Assembly: GCA_036339465.1 (NCBI GenBank)
Contig: JAYZAY010000059.1
Coordinates: 1-64,000, forward strand
Source of the DNA: Myxococcota bacterium
GTDB taxonomy: Bacteria > Myxococcota > XYA12-FULL-58-9 > JABJBS01
Direction of reading: 5' to 3'
Length of the DNA: 64,000 nucleotides
Shown here: positions 57,498 through 64,000 of the stretch, in pieces
Layout of the letters: each line of letters starts with the position of its first letter
Numbering within the stretch: position 1 is the stretch's first letter
The notes under the pieces: generated by a model
What the model was told of the DNA's origin: nothing
Databases searched by the model: none
The model's input: only the letters and a program-made list of their open reading frames with translations
Translations under genes and position numbers: made by a program

Positions 57498-60260
57498 ATG
57501 GTAAAGAAATCTGAGGCAACGCCAGAAATTTTGGAGGTGGTTGATACAAAGGCCAATGCATTGGTGAGGTTGGCTGATCAGCCTCCAGTGGTGATTCCTG
57601 CCATTGTCCAGACCGAATTGGTCCCTTTTCCCGGTCCGATGGTACCGATTCTCCTGGACACGAAAATGCGTCAGCAAGCAGTTCTTCATGCCAAAAGTAA
57701 TGCGGGCTTTTTCTTGTTGATCAATCGAATTCGAAAAGGTGATGAGTCGGAACACCCTCGGGAATTACTCGATATTGAAGGAATCGGGCACGGTTCAGAA
57801 TTGGCGCGTGTAGCGGCAGATTTTGTGGCAGAGGAGGCAGTGCATCCTTCTGATGCGATGGAATTAAAGATTGTTGGTGGTGGGGAGGAAGACGACGATG
57901 CTTTCGAAGAAGTTGGGGACGAAGAAAAAGAACTAGAAGATGATGATGAATATCCGATCGAAGAACTTTCAGAGTTGAGTCGAGTGGGAATTCTAGCCAG
58001 AGTCCTGAAGGTTTTCAGGCTCCCCGATGGTCGTATGTCGGCGCTTGTGCACCTTCTACGGCGTGCACAGCCACTTGAGTTGGTCAGAATCCAACCGTTT
58101 CCAGTTTTTCGTGTGACTTACCCGACAGAGATAGTCTCCGATGAGGCGTCTTATGAAGCGACCTATCGGCAGGTTAAATTGACACTGCAATCTTTCTTTG
58201 ATGCACATAGTGGAATTCCTGAGGAAGTAAAAATTACGGCTTTGTCTATCGAGTCTCCAGGCATTCTCGCTGATTTTGTAGCCCAGCATTTGTCTCGAGA
58301 TTTTAGGGAACGGCGAGGATTTTTGGAGGAGCTGGATTTAGCCAATCGTATGCGATTGGCGCTGGAAGTATCAATTCGTGAATTAGATATGCTGACGGTT
58401 GGCAATCGAATTAGCCAGGAGATTCGTGAGAAGGTCGAAAAGCATCAGCGAGAATTTTTGCTCCGAGAACAGCTTAAAGCGATACGAGTCGAGTTGGGAG
58501 AAGAAAAGGACCCCACTGCTTTAGCAGTAGAAGAACTTAGAGAAAAACTTGAAGCTGCTGGCTTACCCGAACATGCAAGTCATCGAGCAGCAGAAGAGAT
58601 GAAGCGACTCCAGCTGATTCCTGCTGAGTCTCCCGAGCATAATCTTATTCGCTCTTATTTAGAATGGATTGCGAGTTTACCCTGGTCAAAGGTCAGTGAG
58701 GAGTTGATCGATATCTCTAGAGCAAGAGAGGTCTTGGATGAAGACCATTATGGTTTGAAAGACATTAAAGAGAGAATTCTTGAATACTTGGCCGTACGAA
58801 AATTGAACCCACAAAATAGGGGGACGTTACTGTGTTTTGCCGGACCGCCTGGGGTGGGCAAAACTTCTTTGGGACAATCCATTGCCCGAGCGCTTGGAAG
58901 AGAGTTCTATCGCTTTTCCGTGGGGGGCATGAGGGATGAAGCTGAGATCAAGGGGCATCGGCGGACCTATATTGGAGCAATGCCTGGTCGTTTGATACAG
59001 GCTCTTAAACATGTGGGAACGTCTAATCCGGTGGTGATGCTAGATGAGTTAGATAAAATGGGGAGCGATTGGAGGGGGGATCCATCCAGTGCAATGTTGG
59101 AAGTGCTAGACCCTTCGCAAAATGAGAATTTCCTTGATCATTATATCGATCTTACCTTTGATCTAAGTCAGGTCATGTTTATTGCGACTGCCAACGTGAA
59201 GTCCCAAATACCAGGTCCACTTTTAGACCGTCTGGAAGTTATCGATTTGCCTGGATATATTCCAGAAGAGAAGGTCGAGATTGCCCACCGATATTTACTC
59301 AAGCGGCAGCGCAAAGAACACGGCCTCACGAATCGACAAGTTTCGGTTGGAAAGCGTAGTATGAGGCAGTTGATTGAGCAATATACCCATGAGGCAGGGG
59401 TTCGTGAGCTCGATCGTCAAATTGGAAAGCTTTGCCGAAAACGAGCGGTTGAGGTTGTTGGTGGGACCGAGTTTAAGGCTGGTATTGTACCAGATAGCCT
59501 TTCTCAATATCTGGGCCGGCCCAGAGCTTACGATGATCGCTTAAAGCGCAAGGGGAGTCCCGGATTGGTGACGGGACTGGCCTGGACTCCAGCTGGTGGT
59601 GCGGTTCTTTTCATTGAGGCGGCGCGCATGCCGGGTAAAGGAGTCCTAAAAACGACAGGTAAGCTTGGGGAAGTGATGACCGAATCGACTAAGATTGCCT
59701 TGTCTTATGTTAAGAACCAAGCTGAGGAATTGGGCTTGCCATTGGAGTTTTTCCAGAAAAGCGATATTCATGTTCACTTTCCTGCCGGAGCGGTTCCCAA
59801 GGATGGGCCATCAGCGGGTATCACAATTACGACAGCGTTGCTTTCATTGCTTACCGAAACACCAGTGGCGCCGCGGCTTGCGATGACTGGGGAAATCTCG
59901 CTGGGAGGTGAGGTTCTGCCTGTGGGGGGGATCCGAGAGAAAGTTGTGGCAGCACGTGCGGAAGGTATCAATACGGTGATTCTGCCTTTGGCAAACGAAG
60001 TCGATGTTGAGGAAATTCCCATTGAAGTTTCTCGAAAGCTCACGTTTGTTTTTGTTTCTAACTATCAAGATGTCATGGAAGTTGCTTTTCCACAGGGATT
60101 ACACTTACCTGTCCGGGCGTCAGAGGGTAGTTGTGAAACCAAAACAGCACAGAAGAAACCAAGCACTAGACGAGTCTCGAAAAAAGTACCCACGAAAAAG
60201 AAAGTACAGACTAAACGCAAAGCTGGTTCTCGGCGGCGTGCAGCATCTTCCAAAACTTAA
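57498..60260 (+). CDS. lon: ATP-dependent protease La
   Basis: GPPGVGKTS, GHRRTYIGAMPG, LDELDK, PKDGPSAG, GGIREK. Confidence 0.97.
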   Translation: MVKKSEATPEILEVVDTKANALVRLADQPPVVIPAIVQTELVPFPGPMVPILLDTKMRQQAVLHAKSNAGFFLLINRIRKGDESEHPRELLDIEGIGHGSELARVAADFVAEEAVHPSDAMELKIVGGGEEDDDAFEEVGDEEKELEDDDEYPIEELSELSRVGILARVLKVFRLPDGRMSALVHLLRRAQPLELVRIQPFPVFRVTYPTEIVSDEASYEATYRQVKLTLQSFFDAHSGIPEEVKITALSIESPGILADFVAQHLSRDFRERRGFLEELDLANRMRLALEVSIRELDMLTVGNRISQEIREKVEKHQREFLLREQLKAIRVELGEEKDPTALAVEELREKLEAAGLPEHASHRAAEEMKRLQLIPAESPEHNLIRSYLEWIASLPWSKVSEELIDISRAREVLDEDHYGLKDIKERILEYLAVRKLNPQNRGTLLCFAGPPGVGKTSLGQSIARALGREFYRFSVGGMRDEAEIKGHRRTYIGAMPGRLIQALKHVGTSNPVVMLDELDKMGSDWRGDPSSAMLEVLDPSQNENFLDHYIDLTFDLSQVMFIATANVKSQIPGPLLDRLEVIDLPGYIPEEKVEIAHRYLLKRQRKEHGLTNRQVSVGKRSMRQLIEQYTHEAGVRELDRQIGKLCRKRAVEVVGGTEFKAGIVPDSLSQYLGRPRAYDDRLKRKGSPGLVTGLAWTPAGGAVLFIEAARMPGKGVLKTTGKLGEVMTESTKIALSYVKNQAEELGLPLEFFQKSDIHVHFPAGAVPKDGPSAGITITTALLSLLTETPVAPRLAMTGEISLGGEVLPVGGIREKVVAARAEGINTVILPLANEVDVEEIPIEVSRKLTFVFVSNYQDVMEVAFPQGLHLPVRASEGSCETKTAQKKPSTRRVSKKVPTKKKVQTKRKAGSRRRAASSKT

Positions 60261-60926
60261 GTGATGTTAAGATATTGCTCTTCGGTCAATGCAGGTACGT
60301 TTGTAATTTTCTGCCTCATATTATTTTTTCCGGGTGCCGTGTTGGCTAAGGCCGTGGAGCAGCTAAAGATTGCGCCGTCATTTACATTGAAACTCATCTC
60401 ACCGGATTCTCGTTCTACCTTGGTCTCTTTGGAGAAAGATATTTCATTGGGGACTGAACCTAGTCTTGGTTACGAAGGTGATACAATTCTCATCTTATTG
60501 GGAAAAATGGATGTTACTTGGGATAGGGAGTTTGCGTTTTGGAGCGCCCTAAAACGGTCTTTTGCGGGAGCTTCTATTCGAATTATTTGTGTTTTGTTGG
60601 GGCCAAACCCACAGGGTTTGAGATGGCTTCAACAACATCGGAAAACCTTAGAAGATTACCCGCTTCAATTGCTGTATGACCGTTATGGACTGGTTCGTTC
60701 TCGATACCATCTGGATGGCCGAAACTTTGCGCTTTTTATTGTAAACAATGCCAGGAGAATTCTCTGGTCTAAGTTTGAATTTTCTGATCAGACCCGAATG
60801 GAATTTATCGAGCATTTGGGTTATCGATTGGGGCGTCCCATTGTAGGAAGAACTCCCGCTCCTTTGGTTGCTTGGTTCAAGAATGAAATGGAGGACCAAG
60901 GCATCAAGGTTCTTCCATCACAGTGA
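60261..60926 (+). CDS. Exported redoxin-like hypothetical protein lacking CxxC
   Basis: Signal peptide; APSFTLK, LLYDRYGLVRSRY, LFIVN..RILW follow the AhpC/TlpA fold layout. Confidence 0.5.
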   Translation: MMLRYCSSVNAGTFVIFCLILFFPGAVLAKAVEQLKIAPSFTLKLISPDSRSTLVSLEKDISLGTEPSLGYEGDTILILLGKMDVTWDREFAFWSALKRSFAGASIRIICVLLGPNPQGLRWLQQHRKTLEDYPLQLLYDRYGLVRSRYHLDGRNFALFIVNNARRILWSKFEFSDQTRMEFIEHLGYRLGRPIVGRTPAPLVAWFKNEMEDQGIKVLPSQ

Positions 60927-62364
60927 TCCTTCTTTTTTTGAAATCAATTGTTACTTTGTGAGGGTTGGCTGTTAATATCTCAACCTCGCTGGATAGGGTG
61001 CGCAATTTCGGATGCGATGCCTCGATATGGTGTTTTCCTTTTTCTAGATGAAGGGGAAGGAATGTTGGAGCTGTTCCTATGGCTCTTCCGTCGACGAACA
61101 CATTGGTATGAGCTGGAGCATTTAAAGTTGTGGCGGTTTTCGTGGGGACCAGGGTGGGTATGGCAAGGCTCGAAGACGGGGATTGGTTGAGCCATATTCC
61201 CGACGCCAAAGCCACGAGTGCAATGAAAGCAATTAGAAATAGGCTTTTAAACGCAAAATTTCTTTCCAATGGGGCTTCGATATCATGGATGTTTTCCAAC
61301 CGAGTTTGGAAGCCTTGGCTAAATGCCACCGCATCGGGGTCATCGGGAGCCAGTGCTCTTAATTGATTTCTGATTGCATCCACCCCAATGAGTTCTCCTT
61401 GAGCCAATTTATTGCGAAGTAGGATTTTTGTGGATGCGATTCTTTTGTAACGGTCGTTGTCTTTAAAGCGGTGGGGATTTTCAACAAATTGTTCCAGGAG
61501 TGGTCCCCAATCTGGGTAGTCTAATTTGGAAAGCTGTATTCGGAGTGTCTCGTGAATTGTGCTCATTGAGGATGGTCGCATACTTTCGTTGTATGAGAGA
61601 CAATCCTGAATCAATTTCGAAAATTCATGGGAGAATTCGGGACGGTATTCAGTGATTGGTACGGGACGGGTTTCCCTCATTGCTTGCATAAGGGCGTAGG
61701 GACTGGTGCCGGGGTATGCCAGTTTACCGGTTGAGATGAAATAGAGGAGGGCCCCCAGCGCAAAGATGTCTGTTTGTGCAGAGAGTTGAGCCTGGCGGAG
61801 TTGCTCTGGGGCCATGAAGCCGGGTGTACCTACTATTTCTGTGGGGGTAGCCGCGTCTTGTCCCATGAAGCCGTTGGCCTTGAAGCCTTTGGCAATTCCA
61901 AAATCGGCGAGAACGACGCGTTGACCGCTGATAAAAACATTTTCGGGCTTTAGATCTCGATGGACGATCCCAGCCACGTGTGCATGGGTGAGGGCTGAAC
62001 TCAAACTTAATCCGATGATGGCAATGGTTGTTTCCGGAAAAATTGGGATATCCCGGTGCAGGTCCCCAATATTTTTCCCTTCTAAGTATTCCATGACCAA
62101 GTAGTGGTGGTTTTCATTGGTGGTTCCGTGGTCAATACATTGAACGATATTGGGGTGTTCGAGGAGGGAAATGGCTTGGATTTCTCGTTGAAACCTGAAG
62201 TTGGCCCGTGTATCTTGCAGATGGCTTGGTTGAAAAACTTTGATGGCCACTTTGCGCTGAAGCTTTTCGTGGCGCCCCAGATAGACAAGCCCCGAGGAAC
62301 CTCTGCCTAGACCGGATTCAACGATGTATTCTCCAAATTTCTTGATGGTAGGTAGTTTCGACAC
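60904..62364 (-). CDS. Hanks-type Ser/Thr protein kinase with TM helix and PEGA-like domain
   Basis: LGRGSSGLVY, VAIK, HRDLKPEN, DFG, GTPGFMAPEQ; C-terminal VFVDGRAIGTAP. Confidence 0.94.
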   Translation of the reverse strand: MSKLPTIKKFGEYIVESGLGRGSSGLVYLGRHEKLQRKVAIKVFQPSHLQDTRANFRFQREIQAISLLEHPNIVQCIDHGTTNENHHYLVMEYLEGKNIGDLHRDIPIFPETTIAIIGLSLSSALTHAHVAGIVHRDLKPENVFISGQRVVLADFGIAKGFKANGFMGQDAATPTEIVGTPGFMAPEQLRQAQLSAQTDIFALGALLYFISTGKLAYPGTSPYALMQAMRETRPVPITEYRPEFSHEFSKLIQDCLSYNESMRPSSMSTIHETLRIQLSKLDYPDWGPLLEQFVENPHRFKDNDRYKRIASTKILLRNKLAQGELIGVDAIRNQLRALAPDDPDAVAFSQGFQTRLENIHDIEAPLERNFAFKSLFLIAFIALVALASGIWLNQSPSSSLAIPTLVPTKTATTLNAPAHTNVFVDGRAIGTAPTFLPLHLEKGKHHIEASHPKLRTLSSEVEILTANPHKVTIDFKKRRITVMEEP

Positions 62365-62378
62365 TGAGCTACTTTGAG

Positions 62379-62684
62379 TTATTTCGTTGTTTGAGGCAAT
62401 GACGCTGATTTTAGGTCGAGGACGATTTCGCCCCGGTTTACGAGCTGAAGATGGTCTCGGATAATCCGTTTCTGGACATTGGGTCTCGATTTAAAGGCCT
62501 TAATATCTTTTTCTAGCGCGTCTACTTCGAGTACCAAGTTTGATAAATATTCTTCCTTTTCGTGAACAACTTTCCTGAGGGTTCTGTGTTTTTCTAGGCC
62601 ATCTGGTCGCACAAGGGAGTTGCCGATCCAATAAGAGCCCAATGCGATGCACGCCATGATGTAGATGGAGCGAAGAAAAGACAT
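62379..62684 (-). CDS. ftsB: Septum formation initiator (FtsB/DivIC family)
   Basis: TM helix, DGL, coiled coil, IRDHLQLVNRGEIV. Confidence 0.7.
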   Translation of the reverse strand: MSFLRSIYIMACIALGSYWIGNSLVRPDGLEKHRTLRKVVHEKEEYLSNLVLEVDALEKDIKAFKSRPNVQKRIIRDHLQLVNRGEIVLDLKSASLPQTTK

Positions 62685-62814
62685 GATTGGTAGGATAGAA
62701 TTTTCAATTTGCAAGAGCAAGAAAGTGTCGCCTTGCTTGTATGATTTCCTGAGAATTAATTGAAGTAAGAGAGCGAGCTAAATGGTGGGCCGATCGGACT
62801 TGGCTTAGAATTGT

Positions 62815-63216
62815 TTAGTCTGTGGCAATGGCAAGGCTTTGAAACCCTATTTCCTTTGCCAAATCCATAATTGAAACCACGATACCATGTTGGGCTGTAG
62901 AGTCGGCTTCGATAATAAACACTTGTTCAATTTTTTCCTTATAGAGCCCACTTAATTTCTTTTGGAGCTCATTTTTTGACAAAGCCTCGCCTTCATAAAC
63001 CATTCTACCCTCGGCTGTTACTGTCACCACAATTTGATGGTTGGTTCCAGTGGGGTTTGACTGATTCGCTCGCGGCAACTCCACTTTGATTCCAGAGTCT
63101 TGCACAAAAGTAGAGGTAATAAGGAAGAAAATCAGCAGGATGAAAACAATATCGATTAAGGGGGTAAGGTTGATTTCCGCATCTCTTTTACGGATTGCGC
63201 GTATCGAGAAGTTCAT
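62815..63216 (-). CDS. exbD: Biopolymer transport protein ExbD/TolR
   Basis: EINLTPLIDIVFILLIFFLIT, VELP, IEAD, HGIVV. Confidence 0.93.
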   Translation of the reverse strand: MNFSIRAIRKRDAEINLTPLIDIVFILLIFFLITSTFVQDSGIKVELPRANQSNPTGTNHQIVVTVTAEGRMVYEGEALSKNELQKKLSGLYKEKIEQVFIIEADSTAQHGIVVSIMDLAKEIGFQSLAIATD

Positions 63217-63860
63217 GGGTGGGCGCATACCTTGTCGATCAGTTTAAGGGCTCGCTCCTCCATCTCCAACAGAAGAAGATCTACGCGACCTTGGAGATAT
63301 TTGTAGAAGATGTAAGCGGGTATTGCGACACTGATTCCTACGGCAGTTGTAATGAGCGCCTGCCAAATACCGCTGGCGAAGAGAGATGGGTCACCGAGCC
63401 CATTGACCTCGACTTGCTGAAAAACACTCATCATTCCAATAACTGTTCCAAGAAGGCCAAGCAGTGGCGTGATGGCAGCACAGGTCCCCAGTATTTCGAT
63501 ATATTTTTCCAGTTGAGCTGCTTCGTATTTGCCTGTTTCTTCTACCAGCTCTTTGATTTCAGCCCGTTGTAGGGATTTTTGGCTCAGGGCAGCGGAGAAG
63601 ACGTTGGCCATGGGGTTTGAGCTTTCCTGGCAGAGTAGGAGAGCATCCGATACCCGACCATCTACAATGAGGCTCTCAATACGTTTGGTAAAAGTTTCCG
63701 GGATAATCCGGGACTTCTGCAAGTGCCAGAGGCGTTCGATGAATACAGCGACAGTGACAAGGGAGCACAGGCCGATCGGATAGATCAGAACGCCCCCCCT
63801 CGTTAATAGATCCCACAACATAGTACGTACCTCGTGTGATACTGTGTACCCAATAATCAT
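63213..63860 (-). CDS. exbB: MotA/TolQ/ExbB proton channel protein (start 63860 or 63821)
   Basis: GGVLIYPI, IERL, PLLGLLGTVIGM, GIWQALITTAVG; ATGA overlap with exbD. Confidence 0.92.
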   Translation of the reverse strand: MIIGYTVSHEVRTMLWDLLTRGGVLIYPIGLCSLVTVAVFIERLWHLQKSRIIPETFTKRIESLIVDGRVSDALLLCQESSNPMANVFSAALSQKSLQRAEIKELVEETGKYEAAQLEKYIEILGTCAAITPLLGLLGTVIGMMSVFQQVEVNGLGDPSLFASGIWQALITTAVGISVAIPAYIFYKYLQGRVDLLLLEMEERALKLIDKVCAHP

Positions 63861-64000
63861 ACCTGCTCACAACTCTTTCTGCTTATTTTCTCCCGAAGAC
63901 TGAGTCTTCTGGCTTTTCGACTCCGATTACCGGTTCTTTTGGGGCTCAAGGCTGCCCCTTTTTTTGTTGGTGTGTGGGTAATTGTCTGCATGTATTTGTC

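Noticed and set aside
63857..64000. 3' end of an upstream minus-strand gene and a GGGGC/GCCCC-T7 hairpin at 63941-63965
   Set aside because: One minus frame is open to a TGA overlapping the exbB ATG but is too short to identify; the hairpin's T tract is on + with no + gene to terminate

Overview
Gene-dense bacterial chromosomal segment, roughly 50% GC by eye, with a G/T-rich + strand. Gene content points to a Myxococcota-like deltaproteobacterium (inference): MYXO-CTERM-like surface protein, IgGFc-binding lipoprotein, PilZ protein, PEGA-type Ser/Thr kinase, PP2C phosphatase, myxobacterial-type SctV and Fic. Most of the window is housekeeping: rsmA-rlmE-rplM-rpsI, truA, asd, ribA-iscS-like, dacB, yebC-ruvC-ruvA, rimP-nusA-ylxR-infB, ligA, large NAD-GDH, alaS, apaG, lon, ftsB, exbBD. 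I see no tRNA, rRNA, CRISPR array, transposase or integrase. The best leads are: (1) a stand-alone injectisome-type sctV with no other T3SS gene in the window; (2) one ORF that looks like a polyprotein, with an FN3 surface protein, an internal MYXO-CTERM-like anchor, a second signal peptide and an outer-membrane barrel; (3) a TPAT-like three-gene TRAP transporter whose lipoprotein and permease share an acidic DDxDDLFD motif, with a palindrome upstream and a FadR-like TetR nearby; (4) a Fic protein lacking its catalytic motif; (5) a hairpin cluster with cGAAg loops after rpsI. All family assignments come from motif recognition and memory; no database searches were run.
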